This document shows, one piece after another, positions 1-11,423 of a DNA stretch of 64,000 nucleotides (its first letter is position 1; each line of letters starts with the position of its first letter). A model generated the notes under the pieces. That model did not search any database. It had not been told where the DNA came from and was given only the letters and a program-made list of their open reading frames with translations. Origin of the DNA: Rhodosorus marinus CCMP1338. Its lineage: Eukaryota; Plantae; Rhodophyta. The stretch covers positions 558,001 through 622,000 of the forward strand of contig JAMWBK010000009.1 in NCBI GenBank assembly GCA_029953675.1, in the 5' to 3' direction. The position numbers and the translations under genes are program-made.

Positions 1-37
1 TTTGAGACTTAAGTTCCTAATGGAGGTGGGCCTACAC

Positions 38-547
38 CTACAGAACCCGGCGGGCAAGTGAGAGAAGCCCGAGCGATGCTGAATCAACTATTGTGGAACG
101 GGAATGCACTCGTGTCCACACAACCTCGGCGAAGCGGACTACCCGGTAGTCCCCATGGTAGAACGTAGCCACCCTAGCCACTAAGGCTTCACCAATAATG
201 CATTGATAGTCTTCTTCACTTTTTAGGGGCTCCTTTAGGGAGTCCTTTAGTAAAGCGTCCACGGGTACGTCAATCTGGGACTTAAACTCTGAAAACAAAC
301 GACCCAGAGATATTGATTCTCATCGATCAATGTTGATTTAGAGATCTTCTAACCCTCACGCGAACAAAAGGAAATGACCTAGAGCAGGATATACCTGTAA
401 CCTCCCTAAGGTGTCTCCAGTGCCAAAGGTCGCCGGGATGAACCGCGCACTGAGTCTATGCCAAAGGCAGTCCAAACCAGACGCAGGGATATTACCGGCG
501 ATCTTTGTCAGTGGAGACACTTTAGAGAGGTTACAGGTACATCGCAC
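38..547 (-). CDS. Possible spliced hypothetical protein fragment (unidentified)
   Basis: GT donor near 394 and TTTTCAG acceptor near 290 would join ...HPGDLWHWRHLREVT to EFKSQIDVP... (ORF 38-298). No recognisable motif. Confidence 0.2.
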
Positions 548-721
548 TCGAGGTCATTCCGCTTGTTCGGGTGTGAGATAGAACAGGTGAAAATCAACAG
601 TATGTCTTTCTCGATTGTCTTGTTTTTTCCGTCATAAACCAGGTGCTTTACTTAAGATTCTCACTTGGGACAAGCGCTTGGTGATCGATCTTATCTTCCT
701 GCATGTTCGTTCCTTAAAATT

Positions 722-1375
722 TTATTTGTGCTTCTTTGCGCCTCCGGGTTTCGGTTCATTGGCTCTTACATCTTCGTAGAGGTACTTCTCCAGCGCTGTT
801 GTATCGGTGACAGAGCACATGCACCCGTTTACATTGTCTGCAAAGAACTCAATTAGCATTCGAACCTTGTGATTCTTGTTTTTCTCCGTGTGATTTTCCA
901 CGCGTGAAAACACATTAGGGAGCGTGCACGCCAAGCTCGCGGATATGAAAGGCCATCGCCGGATCTTGTAGTTCGCCGCATATGCTTTTCCAGAGAATAG
1001 CGGATACTTCTTGTAGCCAGCAGCGGAGAGCCTGGTCTCTGCTTCGGATCTCTCTTCCTCAGGAAAATCATCCAGTATCACACCTGAAAAAAAACGGCCG
1101 TGCTCGGGGCCGCTGTTGATCTTTTTGAGGTCGTCAGGATTGTCATACAGCATCGCGAGCTTTCTGACATTTCCAGAAGGAGCAGCTTTGAACGCCCCTA
1201 CAATTCCCCCCAAAACCCCTCCATATCCGATTGTAAGTTTCATCATTGCTGTTTTCCCACCGAGCGGCATGTCCATCTCCTTGACCTCTGGCCTCTGGAA
1301 TCCACCAAGCAATTCATACACGGCCACTCCACCAATAGCGACCGCACTCACACCGATTCCAATCTGTGTCAACAT
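722..1375 (-). CDS. TEX264-like GyrI-like domain protein with N-terminal membrane anchor (paralogue A)
   Basis: 217-aa intronless ORF from ATG. N-terminal hydrophobic segment followed by GGF..P, LYDNP, RFFSGVIL, AGYKKY and MLIEFF, in the same motif order as TEX264 (YYDNP / RCAVGSIL / FGFKVF / RLEIY). Confidence 0.7.
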   Translation of the reverse strand: MLTQIGIGVSAVAIGGVAVYELLGGFQRPEVKEMDMPLGGKTAMMKLTIGYGGVLGGIVGAFKAAPSGNVRKLAMLYDNPDDLKKINSGPEHGRFFSGVILDDFPEEERSEAETRLSAAGYKKYPLFSGKAYAANYKIRRWPFISASLACTLPNVFSRVENHTEKNKNHKVRMLIEFFADNVNGCMCSVTDTTALEKYLYEDVRANEPKPGGAKKHK

Positions 1376-1577
1376 CTTAGCTTCACTCTTCAGTCAAGTC
1401 GAGCAAATTTTCCTTCGAAATTTGATTATGTCCCCTTTGTTTCCAACACTCCATACTCCTCACGGCCTCACCAAGCTTCACCCGCGCCGAGGACTTTTAC
1501 TTATACCTTTCGGCCTAGCGACAAACACCATTAGAATCTCCTGATTTCCTCTCTAAACCTCAGCTCCTACAAAGACG

Positions 1578-1601
1578 GCCCGGGGGGGGGGCCCCCCGGG
1601 C
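1578..1601. repeat. GC-rich 10-bp inverted repeat upstream of paralogue A
   Basis: GCCCGGGGGG-gggg-CCCCCCGGGC, perfect 10-bp arms. Confidence 0.7.
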
Positions 1602-4600
1602 AAACTTCCACGACTGCCCCTCGGGTCATGCCCCAGCTACTGCCAATCGGCCGATCACCTCGAAAGCATGACACAGACACACTCCTCAAACCACCACCCT
1701 AAAAATCCGCCAAACAACAAACATCAAGGGAAAAATACCCCTGCTTACAAGAGACTAACTTCACCAAACATACATCCTTCATCCATGCTCATATACATCC
1801 AACCCTCCCTCTCCATCCGCCTCCAAAGCCCTTATCGCTAAGCTACCTGTACCATAGCATGGCCCGTCCGAGTGCTTAGTGGAGATGCAACCTCATTGGC
1901 GTACAGAATGTCCCGGATCCAAATATTATTATATTCATAAAATAATAACCAATGAAAAAGTAGAATACTTGCATTGCCGGAAGGGGTAGGAAATCTGGTT
2001 TTGTTTTTCAGAAATTAATTGGGATTTATTGAGATAAAATCTGGAGGTTGAGGAATGTTTTTTGGATTCGATCTCGAGTTGACGGTTGGAGTGGATGGAG
2101 CTGGAAGTCGGTGGCTCTTGGAAGAAGGTTATTAAGGGGGCGAGGTGGGGGGTGTAGGAAGTTGTCTTAGCAGGAGAGATATGACAGAGGGAATTTTTGA
2201 ATTTTTTGAATATGGGAACTCGACTGAACGAATAGGTCTCACCTGGCTGAAGGAAATCTGAGGCGATGGGTTTGGTGTATGTTTTGCCACGGCGCGGGCG
2301 GGACTGGCTGCCCGTTACCCGGCTTCTCTGAAGCGAGGGGTACGGTGTTAATAGTTGATACTTTAGAGCTGTAGTGAATGGAACTCACCAATCTGGGCTG
2401 GGGTAAGCAAAGATCCAAGTGGGACGGGAGACAGGTAACGTCCTCGCGCTTCATCATTTCCTCCCCTTCGGATGAGCGTGATGGAAATTCTGTGTACAGC
2501 GATGATCGAAAGAATGGTGGTGGCACCTGTGAACACGATTTCGAGCTCCGTGGGGTGTACTTTACCAGCAACGCTTGCTTGGAAATATTTGGCGGGAGAG
2601 TAGCAATGAGAACTCTGTGCTCCGTTCAGTATGCAAGGCCTCGCTGATTTTGATTTAAGCACAGCGTGGTTCTGATGCAAACGCACCGCTGGCAGTAGGG
2701 GCGGTTGAGTGAATAGGGGAAAATTTGCGGACTTCGATTCCATCCGATCGAATGACTCCAGTTTTCCGATGGAGTTCGTTGAAGCGCGGTTAATTTGGTT
2801 TTGCCATTTGGCGAGGACGCTGATACCGTCCGATTCGCAGCCTTGGAAGGGTTCTCTTGATAAAACGGGTTGAATTGGTGGCTTTTTTGAACTGGCTTAT
2901 TTTTTTTTTCTGTTACGAGGCTTGTATGGCCCATGGGTAGTGTAACGAAAACGATCATTTCTTAGTATTCCGGGCGGGTTGGACTTGGACGACAGATTCC
3001 GCTTGACTAGTTGCAAGCCGCTGGGAAGCATTTGAAGACCAGATTGCTCCAGACAATCGTGATCCTCAGCCGAGTTCAGAGGACCACAGAAGTCCGCAGG
3101 TTACTCTACGGACTGTCGCCCACCGCGCCTACAAGACCGATTACAGCATTACTCGACGAATATGTTTGATAGGTGCGGGATTGTTCGCGGTTAGAGACGA
3201 CGGTTTCCGGTGTGCTCACGTGAGGGGCTCGCTGACACGAACTGGTCTGATTCTGAGTGTATTCATGCACTGACATGTGTAACCAGATGGTAACAGCTAC
3301 TGACTCTCTCTTCGATGGAACGTCCATATGACACGATCCGTCGGGGGGTTTGATTCTCCAGCTTTGAAGCTCGGGCAACAAAGAAAGAGCTCCATCCAGA
3401 CTTGCAAACCTCATGCTCGAAAAGAAAGGGCGAGACAAGCAAAATGTGATGACAACGGCGAATTTTTCTTGTAATAACCGATCCCGGCCTGTTCCTACGG
3501 CTTGAGGCTCCAACCTGACAACAGCAGCCTGTACAACAGTCCTCTGAACTATCAATTTCATTCACACAGCGAGGAGACCTGCCTCAATCCTTCAGCAACG
3601 AATGATCCTAAAAATTCCTTTTTCTAAGAGAAAAAAGTTATTAGCCATGAAATAATTCACTCATAATTTAAACAAGACTTGTAAATTAAGAAATAAACTC
3701 ATAATATAGATTCCAAATATCTCAGATTTAATCCCATCCCTCCGGTACTCAGCACTTAGAAATTTTTTTTGACCTCTGGTTGCACCTGTCCGCAAGCATT
3801 TCGCGTTGCTCCTTTTTCAACTAAATTACTTGTTCTCTGACACCATGAAACTCTTCACATTTCAAGCTGTCAGTAAACAATCGACGCTGTTCATTCTACC
3901 CCTGGTGAGTATTGGCGTACCAATTATTCAATCTACTAAACGGTATGGCACCCATTGTGGTGATAACAAAAAACGCCGAAATGGCGGGCCATCAAGCCTA
4001 AAGTGCTTGCTGAGACTAGGGTAGATAGTTGTTGTCTTCAACCCACACTAGGGAGCGTGGTACAGCTTGTCGAACCAAGCGCGGCCACAAGGACGCGTAC
4101 CTGGAGGCCATCGCGAACATGACCACAGTGCAATCGGATGTGTCACACCGCTTTGTCCTGCTAGTCGTTGAGGTTTTCGGATTCGTTGAGAGTTGAGGCC
4201 CTGGCTGGCTTCAAGACTGTTCCCACGATTGCGATGACAATCACTTGCGTTCTTCCTTTCTTCGCTGGCTTTAATGTACTGGCGTACAACCGTGCCTTAG
4301 TTTTAGACGCCTGTTCTCCCCGTTCGTCGTGGTTTTCCGCCTATCGGGGTTGTTGCCTCTGAATAAACAATTGAAGGTGCTGCATGGATTCTTCCACAGT
4401 GTTCTTTCTTATCATCACTGGCGTTGCAAAGGTCTACCAACTAGCATTCTATTCTTGTTTTTTTGGCTATATCTCGAATATAGAGGGCTTGTTCGAGGTA
4501 GCCAGCCCGATTCAGATCCTTCGACATCTCAGCGCCGAGAAATGCACTCGTCTAACCGAGCACCTCTCCTTACATAGTGATTCTAGCTTGCTTTCCTCCT

Positions 4601-6136
4601 ATGAGCGACATATCATCAACATAAACGACCAATATGAACTTCAAAGTTGAAAAATGCAAATGTTCACATCAAACGATCTCGAACCCATTTAAATTTCACG
4701 AACCCATCCCTCGAGGTCATCTCGTAGTGCCTCGGACCCAAACATCGTTGCCTTCCTTGACTCGTATTCTGAACCCAGTACTCTGGGGCTTGCTCCCCCG
4801 AGGAGGAAGAACTCCAAACTACACAAAAGAACCAGCCTCCTGAGTAAGGGCCCCTGAACTCCACCAAAGGCCTAAACCGAAGAAGAGATTGAGAGTACGA
4901 CCAACGAGCAAGTTGATGCCCATCGCACTCAGGCAATCAGATGACCCAACCACTGTCACTGAACCCAAAGACTTACAACAAGCTCAGCAAAAGCAGGGTC
5001 GCCGATGCAAAGGTGAATCCCCATTAATTCCACCGCTCGTAAAGGTTTTTACCAGAAATGTACCACTTATACTATGCACGATACGGTATCGTTTTTACCC
5101 CTAGGATGAGGAGATTCATCCCCTCACCTTAACCCCTGACCTCAGCACGAAGTACAAGCTCCGTCCAGCGTAGAAAAAAGAAAATGTACCGCTCCTGCAG
5201 ATTCTAAAATATTGAATAATCCAAAATTATTAACATATAGAGCGTATTTTTGGTATAAATATGAACCAATTCAAAGAAAAACTCTTAATTTACGTATTTC
5301 ATCCTTGTTCAGTGAACTCAAAACAGCTATGGGATATTTCATCATAAAACGATAATAATGTGCTTGGGGAACTGCTTGCACACTTTCATTCAGTTATTTC
5401 TTGTCTTGAAAACAAGAAATAACTGCGACTACCTTCTAGAATCACCCAATCATTCTGCACAATGCCTCCAGCATGACTCGATGAAAATCATAATAATTAA
5501 GGACTCTACTGCCCTTTTTTTCCGAAAGAGGATTTGAACATTACATATGATTGGATTAACTGCTATAAAATGCCATATAAAATTTACTGTACAGGATTTC
5601 TCTGAACATATTTTGTAAGACAAAGGCCGTCTATTGGGTTTTGGAAAGTAATTCTGACTCGTTTTGCCGGTGAAAGAGGTTTTGCTAAGGAGCTTAAAAT
5701 TTTCGGAATATGGGGTACTCAGATATTGGAAAAATAGAACCTTTTATGCAAGATTTCTCCCGTTCATAAAAGTTTCCATTTTATTGTATTTCTTGTACGG
5801 GAAAATTCTGTGAAAATTTTTCTTTGTTTTTGGTGATTTTTTGTTGGTTTTGGTAATATATGGAACGGGTTCAGGAGGGTGGGAGGAGTTGAGTTAAGCG
5901 GTGCTGGCCATTAGAGCCAGAGCGGGATATAGTGACGACTACTTTAGGGAGCAACCTGATGGGGGTATAGAAAATTTGGACAGAATTGTTTTGCTGGGGT
6001 AGGCTGAGGTGTATATGTACTGTGTTTGGATAGGGTGAGGGGGTGAGGTGTAGAAGAGGGAAGGCTGAAAGGGATTTTCGGGGAGGGGTGTATGTGGGAA
6101 GCTTGAGCGTTGACCTTTGTCAGAGGGAGTGTGGGA

Positions 6137-8285
6137 ATGATGGAGACTAGAATATGTATGATAGGAGCTCTGGTAGTTTTGGTTCTTTTGGGCGGTTCGA
6201 ATGGACTACCGTTGAAGCAAAATGTTGAGTTTATTGAGGCTGCGGTGAATGGCGTAAAGACCAGGAGGCTTCATTTCACGGAGGCCACTGAGGAGTCCAC
6301 TGATGCTACCGAATGGTTGTTTCAGAAGGAGCGAAGGGTTTCCTTCCAGGGGAGTACGAGAATTTTTAACGGTGAAGAAGCAAGGGATGGGGAGTTTCCT
6401 TACATTGCCGCGCTTGCCTTGTCTGCATTTGGCACCGTCGTTCCGCAGCCGTTCTGCACGGGAGTGTTGATTGACAATGACATTGTACTAACTGCCGCCC
6501 ACTGCGTGGCCGACCTCGAGGATTCCCCGCTGGAGTTCTCTGCGTGCATTGGAGACGACAACTTGAACGCTGGTAGAACCCGATGTTCACGGGTGACGGA
6601 CGCCATCATCTCGGACAACTACATCCCCAATTTGCTTGTGGACGGCTTTGACCTCGCCGTCCTCAAACTTGCGGAAACTATTGATGTGGATCCCATCGCG
6701 ATCAGCTTTGAAAGGCCTCCGAATGAGCAGCTGACGACAGCTGTTGGATATGGCCGATCGAGTCGGAGTGCACCAAGCACCGACGGAATTCTTCGATTTG
6801 CACAAACTCAGTACGTTGATAACGCGAACTGTAGAGTCCTTCGACAAAGTTTAGCGACCAGAGACGATAATCTTCTCTGCTCGGATGGAAACTTTGCCGG
6901 CGATGGCAGCACTGTCTGTAATGGGGACAGTGGTGGGCCCTTAATTGTTCGAGGAGCCAACCGCTCGGAAGACTACACCATCGGAGTTGCAAGCTTCATC
7001 ACTACAATTTCAGACGGTACGCAAGACCAGAAGCTTTCAAAAAGCGTCCTACGTCCAAGCGCGCTTCTAACTCCGTTCTCTTATCTTCTCCGCAGATTGT
7101 GATGATTCGTTCGAAAACGTTTACATGAGCATCTCTAGCACGGGACACGATGCTATGATCCGAGATGCAGTCAGTCAGTTCGGTGGGCGTATCATAGATG
7201 CAGCTGACAATGACACAACGCAAAGGGACGAGTGTCGTGCGAGTGAGCAAGAGTGCATGGAATTGGGAGATCTGATGTGCGTCGAGGGCACCCTGACGGA
7301 GGATTGCTGTGAGTCTGCTGGTACTGTTCTGGAATGCCTCGTACCGGTTGCCGAGGAGTGCGGTGATCTCCTCATAACCCAGAATGCGCAGGAAATACAG
7401 GATGCGTTGGCTGAGAGCAGCGTCTGTGGTGGATCGGGGGGGTCGGCGGGGTCAGGAGAAGTTCCTGAAGTCAAAGAATGCCCATCTAGTGAGTTGAGAA
7501 AGTGTGAGGATAGATTCGATGATTCTTGCTTCAATGGCCCAACGTTTCGGTGCTGTACAGACGCGAGCGAGGTTCTTGATTGTAAACGGCCGTTCATCGA
7601 GGAGTGCGAACTGGGACAAACTCTTCGTTCATTCGATGAATTTGAAGAGCTGTTCGAGGCAGTTTGCGCTGAGGTCCTGGCAGAAGGGCCTGATTCGTCA
7701 CAACCAGGGAGCGGAGACCCCACAGAGTCCGGTGCATGCTTCCCTGGAGACGCAAGCGTCGTTCTGGAGAGCGGGTTGGAGAAGCAGATATCCGATCTCG
7801 TAGAAGGAGACCGCGTCCTGGCTGCGAATGGAAAATACAGCGATGTAATTGGTTTCACGCACAAGATGGTGCAGGCTCAGTCCGAATTTGTTCACATAGT
7901 CGCTGGCAAGGAGTCGCTGAGACTGACTCCCGAACACTATATACCCGTCGGTGTGAACGGGCTTGTGCTCGTCGCTGCCAAGAGCCTCGAGGTCGGGGAC
8001 CTTGTCACGTTGGGCGATCAGACAACAATCAGAATATCTAGCATTAACCGCACTAAGGCTAACGGTCTGTATAATCCGGAGACCCTGGATGGAACTATTG
8101 TCGTTGATGGAATCCTAGCTTCAACATACACGCAGAACCTGAACCCCCGCATTGCGCGGTTGTTGCTGGCATTCCCAAGATTTGTGTATAGGGTTGGATA
8201 TAAGCATCCTCTCGGGTCTTTGTTCCATTCTACAATGCCCGAGTTCGTTTATCGGTATATGCCGAAAGGGAGTCCTGTCATGTAA
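6137..8285 (+). CDS. Secreted S1A (trypsin-fold) serine protease - 2x Cys-rich repeat - Hint/Hog autoprocessing domain, ~689 aa
   Basis: Exons 6137-7016 and 7096-8285. The 79-nt GT..AG intron 7017-7095 joins the two ORFs in frame and restores the protease C-terminus (GVASF...C...VY). Signal peptide, R/IFNG activation site, LTAAHC, DLAVLKL, GDSGGP. Hint domain: CFPGDA (Cys codon 7737), LTPEH, GLYNP...GTIVVDGILASTY. Confidence 0.9.
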
Positions 8286-9326
8286 TTAGTCCGACTGCGG
8301 CTTCGGGGGCTGGAAAATATGAAGTACTCGAAGCGATAAATGATAATTGCAAATTAAGCATTGTGAATGCCTCCTATGTTTGATATTTGTACTAACGCGG
8401 CCCGATGCACGCTAACATCCAGCAAATGCTCGAGATCAAAAGTCCAACGGTCTGTTGAGAAAAAAGAACCCACGATGCTTGCATTTGATCTACTTGCCTT
8501 CCGACTGCTTGGCACGTGCTTAGCACGAGGGCGATAGTTTGCCAACCCGAGGAAACCTTGCCCAAAGCAGCTTTTCTTTTCCAGAAAAACGATCAAAGCC
8601 CACAGCGACCATCTTCCCGCCAAGCCCTTGACTTGCTGTGTTTCCTTAATCCGCTGACAAACAAACAATAGCAACGCAGTCCAAAATGGTGGTGCTTCAA
8701 TGCAGCCCGACACTGTCAGTTGGCACCCCAACCAGCGCAGGATCTTACATAAAAACGATTAAAAAAGACCTCGCCTCTTCAACATACGACGTCGAGCTAA
8801 GAAATGTCACTTAACTCTCGAAAGAATCCCGTGGGTCGCGAACGTCGGCACGAGGGAAGGCAACCCTCAGGAGAAATCGAGCTTCCTGCCCCCCACCGAT
8901 ACCATGACAGTTTTCTAAAACGATCGCCCCATTGCCAAACAATGTCGTGCTCGGGTTTCCCCGGGCTTTGGCACGCCCAGCCAAAAGTATATTATATTAA
9001 AATAAAATTACTCATTAAAGAGCTCAATAAAAAACATTAACGTTCCTTATTCATATTTTTAACACAAAAACCAATTCCCAATAATTATATAACGTTAATT
9101 GTTCTAGAATTTCGAAACTTCGACCCCTATATATTACATTTTATTCATATTTTAAGGATATTTGAATAAAATAAACTCTATTCAAAGTATTTCACGTTCA
9201 GCCATTCCATTTTTTGAAATAATTATATCATCATAATATTTTCCGTTATTCAAGTTTTTTGTTCATCGGGTGATAGAGGAGATCGCGTTAGCTTAGTACA
9301 GACTTTCATGGAGAACGGGAAGCGGT

Positions 9327-9383
9327 GTTGGTGGTTGGGGAGGGTGCTGGGAGCTGCTCGGAACACCCTCCCCAACCACCAAC
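9327..9383. repeat. Perfect 20-bp inverted repeat (17-nt loop) inside a larger foldable segment
   Basis: GTTGGTGGTTGGGGAGGGTG (9327-9346) / CACCCTCCCCAACCACCAAC (9364-9383). Confidence 0.85.
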
Positions 9384-9889
9384 GCCTCCTCTGCGGTTGG
9401 AATGGTTCGCTCACATCCGAGCGGGTACACTAACTAGCAGGTTATACAGAAACTAATCCTCTCACCAAAGTTAAAAAAGAGGAATTTTTACGTTCAGGGA
9501 CCGCAAGCTCTCAGCATTCGCGATGGAGAGCACATCCATCCTAACCTGTCCCGGAGGAGGGAAAATGCCTAAGTGCCTTTCGAAAATCTTCATGATGTTT
9601 TCTCTATATAATTTTTAACACCCGCGAACTTGTCTTATATACTATTCTTCTAGATTTTCAACCGAAATTTCCTTCCCATTTGCAAAAATTGCGTATGATG
9701 TCATTGCGATGAAATCCTCTACAAAATTCCAAAAATAAAGATCATCCGGCTTCCGAGGGTGTTGCCGGGGGGGTGGGCGGGGGGTTTCTACGCCCCTTAA
9801 AAATAAACGGAAATGTGGACAGTGGGTAGGTTGCAACTCGTTCACTTCTTTTGATGGCCAACAAAACATTATCACCATACAATCTTTTC

Positions 9890-10099
9890 TGTCGAAAAAT
9901 AGATCTCTGAGCAGAGCTACAACTTGCTTTGCTCTACCCCTATCGAATTACCATTATACTGTTCTTCGACCCGGCCTGGAAAGCCGGCGTCGTTCTGCCT
10001 TTCCTTATCGTCTATCCCTTAAGCAGAATGTAATTAATCCGCCTACTATGCTATATAGAGGAGGGGGGTTGATCCCGCAAAACAACGAAACGGTCGACA
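9890..10099 (-). repeat. copia 3' LTR
   Basis: TGTCGA...TCGACA termini; direct repeat of 11222-11423; adjacent polypurine tract. Confidence 0.85.
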
Positions 10100-10950
10100 C
10101 TCCCCTTCCGGAGCTACCCCCACACTATCTATTCCTCGCTAAGCCCCAGTTGTGAACGCAATTCTTGAAATGCTTCCTTACCCAAGGGCTTTGTAAAAAT
10201 GTCCGCTAGCATTTCCTCAGTCGATATGTAGGCCGAGTCGCTTATGAGCGGTCGATGCCTGTATGGCACAACTCCTATGCGGACTCTCAGACACTACTAC
10301 CCTCAGATCCAGCTCGTACATCGAATCGTGCACGTACGCGTAGAAACCCGTGGTGCGTCTATTACTAAAAACTAACCTTTGGTAATCCTCATCTAATCTA
10401 TATCCATGTGGCAAAACCTTTCGCATTGAGATTAGATTCATTTCGGAGCGTTTTAAGTAGTAAACCTCCCCAAAAGTTATCTTCTTCCCATCCGGTGCTC
10501 CGTTGTCACCTCCCCCTTCTGCGTCGCGACTGCCGAGTGTCCGTTTGCAAAAGTGAAATGCACAGGCTCCGTCTCCTCTAGCGTCTCGAAGCAATTGACG
10601 TCGTTGACCATGTGCTCCGATCCCCCTGAGTCGATAAGCAGGTTAGTATCTACTGTCGTTTTCTCACTGCAGCGCTGTACTTCGGTCCTGATCCCGCTGC
10701 TCCGCTCCTTACAGTCTCTAATAAGGTGCCCCGGCTGCTTGCAGTTTAGGCAGGTCTTCTCCTTCCTGCACTCTCTGTAATCGTGTTCCGTCGTGTTACT
10801 GGTCCAACATTCCTGTTCCGGAGTCTGTTCTGCATTTCTCCTTCCGGCCGCCGCTGGAACTCCCACCGTTCCTTTGTGATACTTCTGCCAGACCGAGACC
10901 TCTTTGACAGGAGCCTGACATCTCGTCATAATTGATGATGTCCGTAGCCG

Positions 10951-11188
10951 GATCACTCCATTTCAAGTCCGTGGTCTTGCTCAGAGTCGTGTAAAGATAG
11001 ACTCCGAGCTCCTCCCCATCGTTGTGCCAGACCTTAGGATCCTTGCCTGCTCGCGATCTTCCAGTGGTACACCCTGTCCCTCCTTGATCGCGGCAAACTG
11101 CTCAGGTCTGGCATCGACGATAGGGAGGAGCTCAGAGTCCACCTTTACACGACTCTGAGCAAGACAACGGACTTGAAATGGAGGGATC
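10951..11188. repeat. ~85-bp inverted duplication of gag sequence within the copia element
   Basis: Arms 10951-11034 and 11104-11188, about 6 mismatches plus 1 gap by eye; 69-nt spacer. Confidence 0.9.
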
Positions 11189-11221
11189 ACCCCAAATTCG
11201 CCAACCAAAGCGATGAAACCA

Positions 11222-11423
11222 TGTCAACAAACGGATCCCTTTCTTTAGTCTACCCCTATCCAACTACCATGGTCAGCCTAATTATACCGTTCTTCGACCC
11301 GGCCTGGTACGCCGGCGTCATCCTGCCGTTCCTTATCGTCTATCCCTTAAGCAGAATGTAATTACTCTGCCTACTAATGAGGGGTTGGTTGGTTGATCCC
11401 GCAAACCAACCAAGCGGTTGACA
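11222..11423 (-). repeat. copia 5' LTR
   Basis: TGTCAAC...GTTGACA termini; followed on the minus strand by a TGG-initiated PBS. Confidence 0.85.

Larger units (their letters stand above)
9890..11423 (-). mobile_element. Non-autonomous, internally deleted Ty1/copia LTR retrotransposon
   Basis: TG..CA LTRs at 9890-10099 and 11222-11423, TTTC on both flanks, PBS-like TGGTTTCATCGC and PPT GGAAGGGGAG. Gag knuckle CLNCKQPGHLIRDC, protease LIDSGGSEHM and pre-integrase HKRLG are joined directly to the RNase H C-terminus ISTEEMLADIFTKPL; integrase and RT are missing. Confidence 0.92.

Noticed and set aside
2200-3000. Possible + strand spliced gene (CMFCHGAGGTGC resembles a DnaJ Zn motif)
   Set aside because: No consistent exon chain or second CxxCxGxG repeat could be built; left unannotated
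3106-3561. 151-aa minus-strand ORF with ATG
   Set aside because: No motif and overlapping alternative ORFs; cannot be distinguished from chance
4030-4650. Hydrophobic ORF fragments suggesting a membrane protein
   Set aside because: Frames do not join with convincing splice sites; no family signature
4650-5104. EPKDLQQA resembles the copia INT-RT linker (EPKxYxEA)
   Set aside because: Single short motif; no LTR or RT motifs nearby
7175-7864. 229-aa antisense ORF
   Set aside because: Shadow of the protease-Hog coding strand
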